DNA from: Lama glama
Taxonomy: Eukaryota
Length of the DNA: 64,000 nt
Reading direction: 5' to 3'
Assembly (NCBI GenBank): GCA_028534125.1
Contig: CM052816.1
Location: 53,756,001-53,820,000, forward strand
In this document: one piece after another, positions 12,932-25,102 of the stretch
How positions within the stretch are numbered: position 1 is the first letter of the stretch
Layout: every line of letters begins with the position of its first letter
The notes under the pieces: generated by a model
Database searches by the model: none
Seen by the model: only the letters and a program-made list of their open reading frames with translations
What the model was told of the DNA's origin: nothing
Position numbers and translations under genes: made by a program

Positions 12932-13127
12932 AATAGTAGGCTGTAATTCTTAGACTGGGCTTGTTAAGTTCTGTTGAAGACGAGGAGAAAGGTGGGAAAG
13001 TTCCAGAACATAAGATCATTTTGTGCTTGTAGTGGAGTCCCACCACAGTGCTGAGGTCTTTGAAAACCACTAGGTAGTATAAAGGAAAAGCAGGGTGGAA
13101 TTACCCGAAGGGAATGAGAAGGCACCT

Positions 13128-13540
13128 GGGTTAGGCAGAATAATCCCCACCCCACCCCACCCCTGCAAGATGTCCAGGTCCCAATGCCTGGAACCTGTGA
13201 ATATGTTACCTAATGTGGCAAAAGGAACGTCGTAGATGTGATTAAGATTCTTGAGATGGGAAGATTGTTCAGGTGGACTCAGTGTAACCAAGAAGGTCAG
13301 ATGTCAGAAGCAGAGGTTAGAGTGATGCCATTGCTGGAAGGGGACCTTGAGCCAAGGTATGTGGGCAGCCTCTAGAATTTGGAAAAGGCAAAGAATGGAT
13401 TTTCCTCCGGAGCCTCCATAGAGAACTTAGTCCTGCTGATACCTTGATTTTAGCTCCATAAAACTTGTGTTAACTTCTGGCTCCAGAACTGTAAACTGCT
13501 AAATTTGTGCGAATCTGTAACAACAATAGGAAACTAAGGT
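13128..13540 (+). mobile_element. MaLR solo LTR (MLT1C/D-like)
   Basis: gtcccaatgcctggaacctgtgaatatgttacc...gagcctccatagag...aggaaactaa. Confidence 0.88.
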
Positions 13541-14439
13541 AGCACCAAAGGATAAAGCCAAATTTATTTCACCTATAGCCAACACTGCCTCCACATGTGC
13601 ATAATTAAAAGTATACAACTTTAAAATTTTCACTTAGGCTAGTTTTGCAGTAATACATTTTAAAAATATAAATTTTTATACTGTGGATTCTTTAAAACCA
13701 CACTTAGACCATACTTTACCTTGCATGGTAATTGCTTACATAACCACATAATGTTGCCTAGTAGAGTGCAAGTTTGATGAGGGCAGAGTCTCATTCTGAT
13801 TTATCTTTGTTTTCCTCATGGTTCCAAGAGGTGGTCTTTATAAAAGTAATACCTGCTCATAGTAACATAGAACATTAGAGGTAAAATGGTATATATTCTG
13901 GTTCTGAGTTTGAATTTTGGACAAAGTCATATATTCCAGTGCATCTCTCTTTCTTCGTCTTTAAAATGATGATAATGAGGTACCTACCATATGGTATTGT
14001 AAGAAGAAAAAGAAATATGGTACCATTTTATAAACTAAAACATTATGCAATATTAATTTATCATTCCCATGGAGAAAGAGGGGTGTGTGTGTACATATAT
14101 CTAGTTTGAAATACGTATGTTTAATGGTGATTAATAAAAATTTTGCTTATGTTCTTCAAGGGAGCTAGATAAGAAAATACTTTTCAGAGGAAAAGAATAA
14201 CAGAACACAAATCATGGTATATTTCTAGTATAATATTAAAATAAACCTGTATAGTGTGTATGCCTGGGGAATCTCTAATATTCATGAATCCCAGTTTATA
14301 AAAAAAAAAAACCATAATAAGTAAAGGCAGTTTTGTTGTATTTCTTTGACATCAGTAGCATTAGTAATTGTTTATATAAGATTTATTCCAAAGGTCAGGT
14401 GCTCTGGCTAGTTTATTAAATTTCTCTACTGGTGCCACC

Positions 14440-15117
14440 AAAAACGTACGTAATTCTGGACCAGTGATTAGCTACTTCAGTGTGATCTCAATCTCAGAAT
14501 CCCAATTTGAGGATCTGCTTTCTCGAGCCACTCTTAGTACCAATTACTGTTTTAGTTAAGGCCCTGGCAAGAAACAGATGATACACTTAAAAGGGATGAC
14601 TTAAGAGAATTTAATGAAGGAACTATTTATAAAACGTGAGCTTGTAAAATGAGTATAACTCAATAAAAAAAGTTTATATATTAAAAAAAATAAACAAATT
14701 AAAAAAAAAAAAAAGTGAGCAGAGTTAAGGGACTCCAACAAGGTATGATGTTACACCCTGGGACTAGCAGGCCAGCAACCGTGAGAAGCCTTTACCATCT
14801 CTAGAATTGAAGGGAAGGGGTTTGAGGAGTGGAGGCAGTTACCAGACCCTGCAGGAGACCCGTAGAAGCTGAAACCTTCATTAGAGACATGTGAGCATTG
14901 CCAGGGAGGCCTGGCAGGAGAGGGATTCAGGATAATAAATATTCTTTCCTGCCCCCAGGACTCCTGCTGGTTCTTCCTATGGGCTAAATATAGCTGGAAG
15001 TCAGGGGCAAAGGAGTCTGGTTGATGCTGTCCACAGAGGTCAGCCTCTAAGCGCACATAGTTGGACCAAGAAAGACAGAGTGGATTCATGCATCAAAATG
15101 GAGATAGTTTAGCTCAC
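14440..15117 (-). mobile_element. Old ERVL/MaLR-type LTR with adjacent internal junction, interrupted by a tiny L1 tail
   Basis: tagtaccaattactgttttagt internal/LTR junction motif at ~14535-14556; subfamily uncertain. Confidence 0.6.
14642..14712 (+). mobile_element. Extremely 5'-truncated young L1 3' tip with poly(A)
   Basis: ttgtaaaatgagtataactcaataaaaaaa + A-rich tail; TSD aaaa(c)gtgagc at 14631-14641 and 14711-14720. Confidence 0.75.
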
Positions 15118-15658
15118 AGGCCCTCTCTTTCTGGCTCTGAAGTCCATGCTATTTCTATAGTAAAATCTTTCCTGCTACTAATAATTCTTACTACTCACTT
15201 TTCTGGACATGTCACTTAAGGAATTTATTTTTAAGTTTGCTATTTTCTTTAGAATTGAAAAAAATGTTAATTAGATTGTAGGTGTTTGATTTACCACTAT
15301 ATAATTGGTAGGAATCAAAGAGCTATTTGAGAGCTGTGGTTAAAAGCCAGAGACACTTGAACATTATGGTGATTACATAGTCTTACCTCACTTTGCTTTT
15401 CTGAATTAAAGAAGCTGAGATTCTAAAGGAATATCAGAAGCTAGGGGACACAACAGAAGTTAGAAATTAAAGTATAGGCTTCTAGTTCAGATGAATGTTC
15501 ACCCAAAAAACTTAGAAGTACACTCATGGTTATAGTTTTCACCCTAGTCATTTAAGACATATAGAATGTTTTGCTAATTTAAATTTACATTTTACCAAAA
15601 ATAATGCATTTGAATTGCATTACACACATTTAATGAATAACCTGATTTTTTTTTCCAG

Positions 15659-15768
15659 AAATAGTTGTTGCTGAAAGTGTGGTTGTCATTAAGAAATTAC
15701 TGCAGATGCAACCTGTACAACATGCTGAAATTATTAAACATATGGCCAAACTCTTGGACAATATCACT
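15659..15768 (+). CDS. AP3B1: AP3B1 exon (~14), [36 protein letters not shown]
   Basis: T-tract + ccag / gtgagt; 110 nt. Confidence 0.97.
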
Positions 15769-15859
15769 GTGAGTACCAATTAAGAGATCTTTGCTTTGAG
15801 TACCAATTCAACTGAATTCTATTCGGTAAATTATAGTTTTGTTAAAGTAAATGGACACA

Positions 15860-16335
15860 CTAGAGTATAATGGTGAAGAGAGCTGAACATCTAGATTCAA
15901 ATCCTTGTTCTAAGATTCCGCACTGTTGTGGAAGGGAATCACAAAACTGGAAAAGGGGAAGGATAGGATAAATATTGCAGTATTGCATTGGAATTGGAAA
16001 TACCAGTGTGAACTTCATGGCTTTTTGGATAGATATCTAGATGTGTTTGAGTGTATGTGTGCTTGTATGTGTATGTCTACGCACATTTGTAGGTACACAT
16101 GTGCATACATAGATGAGTGTACAAACATCTCTTTCCCAGTGCTATTAATTTCTGCTCTGTCACTTACCAGCTCCATGTCTTTACATTAAAACCTCTGTAC
16201 TTCACTTTTCCCATCTGTAAAGTGGTGAGAGTGGAAGAACCTGTGTCATTGTAGGTATTGCCTTAGTGAACGTATGTAGAGCTCCAAGAACACTGCCTGG
16301 CACATAGCACTGTGTGTTAGCTGTTACTGTTATTT
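15860..16335 (+). mobile_element. MIR split by an old L1 fragment (~15925-16140)
   Basis: MIR core halves (gattcaaatcc...; ttttcccatctgtaaagtgg...cctggcacatag) flank L1MD-like sequence. Confidence 0.6.
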
Positions 16336-16736
16336 GCATCCTATTTCATTTTCTTCTTCCCTTTAGAACTAAAATTTTTGGAAGAATTACCTGAAAACAA
16401 TTTTATTTCCTTACCTTCAACTTTTCAACCCATCACAGTCTGATTTTTGGCTCTCCACCACTCCACCAATTCTTCTTTTCCGAGGGCACTATCTGCTTTT
16501 CATTAAATCCAGTGGATTATTTGCTGTCCACGTCTTTCTTGATCCTTCATTAGCATTTGGTTTTGCTGACCACCTCTTCGCTTTTGAAACATTCTCTCTC
16601 CTTGGCTTCTGTCTGATTTTTCTTCAAACCCTTCTCCATTGTGTTTGTCCTTTACTCTGCAGATCCTTGGAATGTTGGTTTGACAGCTAATGTTCTATAA
16701 CTAGAGGAGTTGTAGTTTACGGGAGTCAGTATATTA

Positions 16737-16927
16737 CACTCAGCCCTTGTATTTGCAGGTTTTGCATCCATGGATTCAACCAACCACTGATGGAAGTTTC
16801 CGTCTGAGATTGGTTGAATCTGTGTAGCAAAAACTGGGAATATGGTGGGCTGTCTATTTATTGAAAAATAAATTTGTGTGTAAGTGGACCCATGCAGCGC
16901 AAACCTGTGTTGTGCAAGGGTCAGTTG
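16737..16927 (-). mobile_element. TcMar-Tigger non-autonomous element (Tigger2/MER8-like)
   Basis: TA-flanked termini cactcagccc...gggtcagttg; internal ggattcaaccaacc / ttggttgaatc palindrome. Confidence 0.8.
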
Positions 16928-17259
16928 TATTTCCTTGTTTGAAGATGAAGTAATCTATACTGAGTCTGTTCAGAGGGATCTTATTTGTGTAGTTAAAAGT
17001 AATAGATGGCTAGGTTTGGAGCCTACCAGTCAGGACCAATTTTTAATCTCTCTGGTGGCAAAGTTTTCTTTCCTTCAGTGTGTTATTAAAGCTTGCAGAG
17101 CAGTTACACATTTATCTTAAGGCTAAGAATAACACTCTCAGGGTTCACTTAGCATCTGATCTTCCTCCGCATCCTCACCAGAGAGTTCTTTGTCTTCATA
17201 TCTACTCTTACTGTTGATTAATAATCAAAGTCAGGACTTCTTATAAAGATTGTATGTGA

Positions 17260-17750
17260 GAGGGTAAGAGAGTGGATATGAAAACCAGATGACTTGGGTT
17301 CAAATTTAGTCTCTACCTTTTACTAGCTTTGTGAACTTAAGCAAGCTACTTGACTCTCTGCTCCAGTTTTCTCCTCTGTAACAATAGGATTGATCTATTG
17401 TGAGGAATAAATGAATCAACATATATGAAACACTTAGAACAGTGCTTAGTGTGAGCTGTTATTATGATCATGGCTATAGTTAAAGTTTTTGAGGAAGACA
17501 AACTTGATAAGATTTAAATTTAGTAAGCATTCTTCTGGCTCCTTTTATATTGTGCTTATTTGTTTAACATAACTCCTATAGTGCTAATTATATGCCACGC
17601 AGTATTCTAAGCAACTTAAAAATATAAATCATTAATTTTAATGATAACTCTGAAAGGTAGGTTCTGTTAGTATTCTGATTTTCTCGTCAGAGAAAACTGA
17701 GCCACAGAGAGGTTAAGTAACTTGCCTAAGGTCATGTTGCCAGTAAGTCT
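17260..17750. mobile_element. Two MIRs in opposite orientation (~17260-17470 +, ~17560-17750 -)
   Basis: MIR core: ttttctcctctgtaacaatagg; gaaaactgagccacagagaggttaagtaacttgcctaagg. Confidence 0.8.
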
Positions 17751-18725
17751 GCTTTCTTAGCCAATACATCATGCTGTATCTGTCTTGCATTTCTAGTCTG
17801 TTTCTCTCTTGTGTTCAGTTCATTTGCCTTCTCACCAACCTGGTCAGGATTTTATTGTTGTTTTGATTCCCCAAAATTATTGACAAATTTGGCATTAGGT
17901 TGGTCCATATTTGCACATATGTAGAACAGATGTTTGACATTATTGTCAGTGATCTGTTGATAGGAGATGAGAGGGTAAACCTTCTCAAGTCTGCTGAGAT
18001 AGACATCCAGAATACCTTTGTATCAAGCATCAAATTTCAGTCGTAGTTTTAGTCATTGTAACAATCACAAATACTCGTACCCCTGTTAGACACCTTCTAG
18101 AGAAGGGTTACACCTTCTACTACGAACCACTTTTATTGTAAGCAAGAACTAATGACCCAAAGCAGGGCACTCTAGATAGGGGAAGACAAGAATTGAGATG
18201 CATACATGAGTGTATGTATAAGTTTATACACATAATTAAGTGTATAAAGATAGACTAGGAATGTCTAACAGAAGTGCTAAATGCAAAAGAAGGGGCATGA
18301 TATAATGGGAATTCTAATAACCTAAAACTGAAAACATTGAAGAATCTTAGAAAACATAGGGGTAGGAAGGGATGGGGGCAGAATAAAAGTGTTTTGAAGG
18401 TCTCATGGGAGGAAGGCAGTAGAGGGAGGTGAAATTATTTTAGTATTCTCACCTTGTGTTTAAAAAGTAGTAAGGAGAAAATAGATTATCTTGGGGTGAA
18501 AATAGTGGGTTTGGGTAGGGGAAATAGTTAATATCTTGTTTATAAGGAATGGTGGAGAAATATGTGTCTAGTTATGCGAAAAAAAGAGGAGTTCTGTGTT
18601 CCCAATCATCTTGTGCAGAATTTAGTTAAAACTTGTGCTCTTAAAGTTGTTCTGGTCTCGTTAAAAAGGAAGAGGCAATGACAAGGGAGCGGTAGGGCTT
18701 CCAGGTGAATGTAGCTGTTGACGGG

Positions 18726-18761
18726 GCATTGGTGGTTCAATGGTAGAGTTCTCGCCTCCCA
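18726..18761 (+). pseudogene. 5'-half tRNA-Gly(CCC) tailless retropseudogene
   Basis: gcattggtggttcaatggtagagttctcgcctccca matches mammalian tRNA-Gly nt 1-36; 17-bp direct repeat flanks the insert. Confidence 0.85.
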
Positions 18762-19099
18762 GGTGAATGTAGCTGCTTATACACGAAACCTATGGCAGTG
18801 TATGAGACTCATATCAAGCAAACCTCAGACTTTTTTGGAAGAATTTGTTGTGTTTGACTATGTCTCTGTGTGGGGCTTCGGAAAATTTTTGATTGCATCT
18901 ACTTTCTGACAGTTGTTGGAATATTAGCCAAGTAAATGCTTTTTTACGGATCTATATAGCAAAGCCTGTTTTTGTTTGTTTGTTTGTTTTGTTTTTTTAT
19001 GCTTTTGTCAGACAGAACATAACCATTAGTGGAACACAAAAGTATGGTGGGAATTCTAAATCCACTAAGGGAAAAAAAGAAAACAGAAATGTAAAGTAA

Positions 19100-20280
19100 A
19101 TAATGAATTTTAAAAATTAAAATGGAAGGGTTACAATCAAGAAGTAAAATGGAAGAGTAAAAGTCAAATATATCCTACTCTGAATTTGAATGGACTGAAT
19201 TCTCTCATTAGAAGACAGACTTTCAAACTGGAATGAAAACCAAAAGCTAGATAGATGCCATTTATAATTAAAACACCATCATCAAAATGGTAAAAGTTGA
19301 AAATAAAGAAGTAAGGTTAAGAAATATTAAGTGAATATGAACAAGAATGTAAGATTTTAAATTAATTAAAAGCATTTAACAGGATAAAATAAAACATTAT
19401 AAAATGAAAAAAGAGGCCAATTTACTAAAAAACTAAGAAGCATAAACCAAATGCACAAAAAATATGGCAACCAAATAAATATATAAGGAAAAAATCTATT
19501 GGAAATTCAAGGAGAAGCTGATAAAATACAGTTTTGGTAGGTGACTTTAATATGTTTTTCTCATAGTAGATAAACCTAGGAGATTTTAAGTAAGATTTAG
19601 ATGTAAGGACATAGAAAAACTAAATAATAGAATAAATATTTTATTTAGTAAGTATAGCTAAAATTTCATATCTCTTGAAATAGATAATACCCACTTTTAT
19701 GGATATATCCATAGAACATTTACAAGAAATCATGTATTTGGATGTAAAGTAAACTTAAAGCTTTTATGTTTTTTAACCTTAGGCAATAACATAAGAATTA
19801 ACTAATATAAAAAGCTTTCAGACAAGTTATGAAGTAAGAAATATACTTTTAGATCAGAAAAATTTTAAAGAAAAAAATGAAAACTTCAAAAAAAAACAGA
19901 AAAAGAAAACATTTTATTTCAAAATGTGTGGCACATGACTAAAGCTGTAACTGCCACCATTTTTAAAGTAAAGAGACCAAAAATAAAAGAATTTGGTGTT
20001 TGTCCTAAGATATTTGAATGAAACAAAGCATAAAAACCTGAGAGGTATCAAAGTTGATTTGTAAAATAGAATACCAAAAAAAGATAGTTGAAATTGATAA
20101 ATACATCTTAAATCTGGTCCTATGGAAAGATACTAAAATAGAAAACCCCTTCTGATTCTGATAAGGTGGAGAGAGAGCAAAAGTCGACAGATTGGGACTG
20201 TGATATAGGAGAGATTAAAATAATTACAAGACAATGATATGCAATTCTACAGAAAAATTTGAAGTTTTGGAGAATGAAAA
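19100..20280 (+). mobile_element. Decayed ancient L1 ORF2 (endonuclease region); L1-like sequence probably extends upstream to ~18200
   Basis: A-rich strand; tgaatggactgaattctctcattagaagacagac and gtaggtgactttaata resemble L1 ORF2 5' motifs. Confidence 0.7.
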
Positions 20281-21049
20281 GGTGATAAAGAATTGTTGCT
20301 ATTTACACATCGCAGGAACCTGCAGTGCTTGAAGTGGGACAAGGAAGAAAAAAGCAAGACAGATGGTGATGCAGAGCCCTAAAAATGGTCAGGGGGTGGA
20401 GGCACAAGTTATTGCAGAAGAATGTGGTGAGGGAGGTAGCTGACAGTAGCTTCAAAATCAGGAAAGGGGAGTTACTGAGTCCCCAGAATCTCTGCTCCAG
20501 TTAAGAGACCTGTTCACATAAGAACAACAGCCAAGTAGAAAAGAGAGCAGGGCTTTATTAAAATGCCCAGATACCTGATGACACTCAAATGGGAGCAAGT
20601 GATTCTAAAACTGAACCTGAGAGCTTGAAATGAGACCTCTTTCTTCCTGAATCTCTGCCTATTTCACCTAAATCCTGGACCCCTGGATTTTAGAAAGAGC
20701 CTGTCTGACCAGTGTCAGAGGACAAGAGGACACGATTGAGCACATTTTCCCACAGTGCCTAAGCCATTTTCTCTGGAGAGAATCCTGGGCTCATGGACCC
20801 TCTCGGGTGAGAGGAACAGAACTGACAGCCAGACCTCCTCCCACCCTGGCCACCTTACTTATCCATAAAACACAGGTGAAAGGAAGTGGAAAATGCCCCA
20901 TGTGCATGAATGTGGGAACAGGCAAGAGGAAGGTCTGGAACAACCCTTGAAAAAAGGGGCTGGCTCTGGAGAAGCTGCAGGAGGCCTGAAGTGTGCCATT
21001 GCACAGTGTGGTGAAAGAACAGGGACAAAGGAGAAAACTTTCATTTGAT

Positions 21050-21395
21050 GAATGAGTAAACAAGACCCAGTGAGGTGAAGCTGTTTGTCTCCAAGATACG
21101 CATGATCAGTCTGGGACCAGAACCAGTCTCCTTGCCCTGCTGGCCAGTGTTCTCCCTAGTATATAGCACACTCATTGTCTCTGCCCAGTGGCCATGGTGA
21201 ACTCTCACAAGCTATGAGATGTTGGGCAAGTTTCTTAATTCCTTTGTGCCCCAGTTTCATCATATACCAAGTGGGGATAATGGTAGAGCCTACTTCATAG
21301 GGCTTTTATGATAATTGACCGAGAAAACAGGTAAAGTACTTAAAAAAGAGTGCCAGTAAAATATGGTAAGAGCTCAATAGATGTTAGCTATGTAG
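21050..21395. mobile_element. MIR fragments
   Basis: ttgggcaagtttcttaattcctttgtgccccagtttcatcatat core. Confidence 0.7.
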
Positions 21396-24309
21396 TTTTT
21401 TTTTAAGAAGAGAACATAGATGTTATCATATTCAAGACTTTGATTCCATTTGTTATCTAGTAAATGGCATAATTGAAAATCTGAAAACTAATACTTAAAT
21501 TAATACTATTTAAACATTTTATTTATATTGAATAATTTATGTGATGGTACTGCCAACTTATATGTTCTGTTAATATTTTAACCTTTGAAGTAGCCTTCAT
21601 TTGTAGTAAATACTGCTTTTGAAACAAAGCTCTTTCAGAATAAAATGCAGACTACCCGAGGGTTGTTCTAACAAGGTTTCACATGTTTATTGGGATAGGT
21701 GAGGATTTCATACCCTGAAAGGACAGTTGAAAGATTTGTTTTGTAAAGACTCCTGAGCAAGCCTGAAGTAATGCTTTATGTACTCCTTGCTCAGGTGCCT
21801 CGCTGAACGCCAGCCATTTCACAAGTTAACTACACTTGCCCTGCCACCCCCACTTAATTCACACTTAAGTGTTTTAATGCTTATCGAGTCCAGATACGGA
21901 ATATTGGATCTGATTTGCTATTTGTATGCAGTTTGCTTAGATGTCTACTGATTTTGGCTTTGACATTTAAATAAATAAAATTGATGTTCTTACAGGATTT
22001 ATTTTACACTGTTGCATCGTGCAGTGAGCTGGTATTGTAACACAATAGCTTTTAAATTGAACTGCTTACAGTGTGATCTGTAACATCTTTCTAGGTGTCT
22101 TTCTATAACTGCTGTGGTCAGCTAGGAAACATTATTTGTTTTTGCAAGCAAGTTAATGGGTTAAAATGGCAGTGGAAACTGCCTTCTGGTAGAAGGTTTA
22201 AAAAGTGCACTTAACCACTTGCTCAGGGCATTTAGAATAAAGAATCAGGCAAAGTCATTTACAATCCAGTTTGTCTTTGAAAATATTGAAAAGCAGAGGT
22301 TCATAATGAAAGTATTTTATCATGTGCGTACATGTGTGTTACTAGTTTGGCTTTAGTTCAGTGTTCCTATTTATTCTGTGATTGAAAAGACTGTGGAGAA
22401 CAAAAAATGACTAATTTTCTTAACTTGCTTTTTTTTCAGTTGCTTAGATCTTTGAAAATAGTGGCCATGGATTCACAGTATCAGTGGTGTACAAATAAAA
22501 GTTCTGTAACTTAATTGGGACAGAAAGGGAAGGCTGGAACCTGAAAATCTTATGATTCTAATTCCAGCCAAATGCACAAAAACATTTGGGTTTGTCAGTT
22601 TTCTAAGCTTTTTAATGCCATCACTGAAAGATTGGTATTATTATATTATATCGATACTATTTCTTCCTGTGGAGAAGTTTTCTAAGTTTTTTATATGTCT
22701 ACTAGAAATTTTATTACCTTAGTTCTAGAACCTCTGAATATTTCCCTGGCCCCCAACACCACCACCACTACCAACCACCACCCTGAGATTTTCACTTTGA
22801 GCTTTAGAACTTACTGGTTTTTAATTTTTTAAAGAAATATATTCTAAATGTATGCATTATGAATGTTCAGAGTATTTAAATATTTTAATCTTAGTATATT
22901 AATATATAGGAATATAAACAATCTCTTAGTCCTTTTGGGGATTGTCTTTTTAATTGCAAAAAAAAATTAAAAAGTACGTAACCAGAGGAAAATTACTTAA
23001 AGTGGGGTAATAGATTGTGATATGTCATAGAATTCTAATTTTTATACTAGCAATATATAATAAAATATTTAAGAAAAATAAATCTAGCATAACTGAAATC
23101 TGAGGTTGCCCATATATTCTTATTTAGAGGTACTTTTCGTTATGGCAGGCAACTTCAGTTGCTTCATACTGGAAAATTTAATGTACCACTCAATTACTAT
23201 TCTTTAGCCCAATTTAAAATAATAGTTTGGGAGTAAGGTCTTAATGCAGTGTAACCTTTGGAACATTAGAAATAGCCTCTTTCTGTTCAGAAATTGGTAC
23301 ACATTAAGGGTATCAGTTTTACCATACTGTGTGAATAGATCTGCAATAACATTTAGTATTTCACTATTACTTGTACTTAGTACTTACACTTATTACATAA
23401 GTGTACTGATTTCGTCCCTCTTAAAAAACTTGTTCTAATATTAAAGATGATGCTGTTATGATATTTGAAAATGTATACTTGATTTTAAAGTTTTCTAATG
23501 ACCTCATTCTGATTCTGGTGAAAGACCCAACTTAGTGGTGTCTTAGTAGTTTTACATTATTTCATGAAGTGGGTGTTTTGAAGGAATTTGAGGTGGTAGA
23601 TACTGTGATAAAATTCTAGCTGTGCAAAGGTCCTTATTGCTCCTTTAACAGTGACACTGTGTACAGCTGTGAAACTATGATGAAAACATTAGGACTTTAT
23701 TTGAGACACTGGAGAAGGACTTCAGGAAGAGTCTTCTCTCTTGTGATGCTGCCTCCTCTTGATGATAGCTGTGGGCTTTTTCATCTATTATAGAAAGCAC
23801 ATTTTCTGTAATAGGTGAAAATGTTCACAGAAACTAATTTACATACTCTTTCAAATTCCTTTTGGAGTAGAGGAGGATACAAATAAACAAATAGTAATAG
23901 AACTAATTTGCATATTCTGAATAAAATGTTGGTCTTAATGGTGCTGGTGGAAGATTTCCAATTTGTAGCAGAACATTTATTTTTAAGAAACAAATTAAAA
24001 TTGACAATTTATAATTAAACTGACTATACTTCAAAAAATATATAAAAAAGAAACAAACTATATGAAAATGTACTTTATTAAAAGTATATATATAACAGCA
24101 AAATGCAATATTGGACAAATTTATTTTTTCCCTGTTTTCTTTTGTTGATAACCAAATAATAGATGAGCATTCATGATTTTATAAGCAAGCCTTGGTGATT
24201 TTGGCAGTTTTATTTATTTCAGTGCTTTAGATACAAATGCATAGAGGACAATAACAGTTTTGGTTTGGAAACATTGTCTTTAATGGGTGTATTCTTTTTT
24301 CTGTATTAC

Positions 24310-24492
24310 CCATGGATTCTCAAAATGTGGTTTGCAGACCACCTGTCTCAAGAATCATCTGTGATGCTTCATAAAGCATGGATTCCTGGGCCCCATCCGA
24401 GACTTACTGTCTTGGAACTGATACCAAAACCCTACAGTTTTAGTCAGAACCTTAGATAATTTTTACGGGCATTGAGTTTTGTGAAGCAATGC
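24310..24492. mobile_element. hAT-Charlie MER5-like element
   Basis: ttctcaaaatgtggtttgcagacc...gattcctgggccccatcc. Confidence 0.7.
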
Positions 24493-24499
24493 CCAAGAG

Positions 24500-24660
24500 C
24501 AGAGGTTGACAGACTTCTGTAAATTACCGGATAAGTAAATATTTTCAGCCTTATGGTCTTTGTCGCAACTGCTCTTCTGCTCATGTGGCACAGAAACAGC
24601 AACAATGGTGAACAGTTGGCATAGCCAGCCAGATTTGGCCCAAGAATTTGCAGATCTCTG
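24500..24660 (+). mobile_element. hAT-Charlie MER58A-like element
   Basis: cagaggttgacagacttctgtaaa...gtaaatattttcagcctt...gccagatttggccc...gatctctg. Confidence 0.75.
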
Positions 24661-24925
24661 ATAGCATCAAGATTCTAGACCAATGATTTTTCCTTTATGA
24701 GTCTTTTCTAAGCATTATCTCTGAAATCAGTTTTAATGAGATTTTCTGGTAACTGAAGAACATTCGTAAATTAAAGAGCACTTCGTGGATATACATTAAA
24801 TGAGTTAATAGATGCAAACAGCTTTATAACATTTAAAGCCTTTTCTATGTTAATATTAAGAAGAGTGTGATTATCTTATTTATAATACTTGTTTTTAATC
24901 GTATGTAATCTGCTTGTAATATTAG

Positions 24926-25102
24926 GTGCCTGTGGCTAGAGCAAGTATCCTTTGGCTGATTGGAGAAAATTGTGAACGGGTTCCTAAAATTGCCCCTGAT
25001 GTTTTGAGGAAGATGGCGAAAAGCTTCACTAGTGAAGATGATTTGGTAAAACTGCAGATTTTAAATCTTGGAGCAAAATTGTATTTAACCAACTCCAAGC
25101 AG
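24926..25102 (+). CDS. AP3B1: AP3B1 exon (~15), [59 protein letters not shown]
   Basis: tattag / gtaaga; 177 nt; ORF 24926..25114. Confidence 0.97.

Noticed and set aside
15770..15808. 12-bp direct repeat tgagtaccaatt copying part of the donor site
   Set aside because: The second copy is preceded by T, so the GTGAGT donor is not recreated; trivial micro-duplication.
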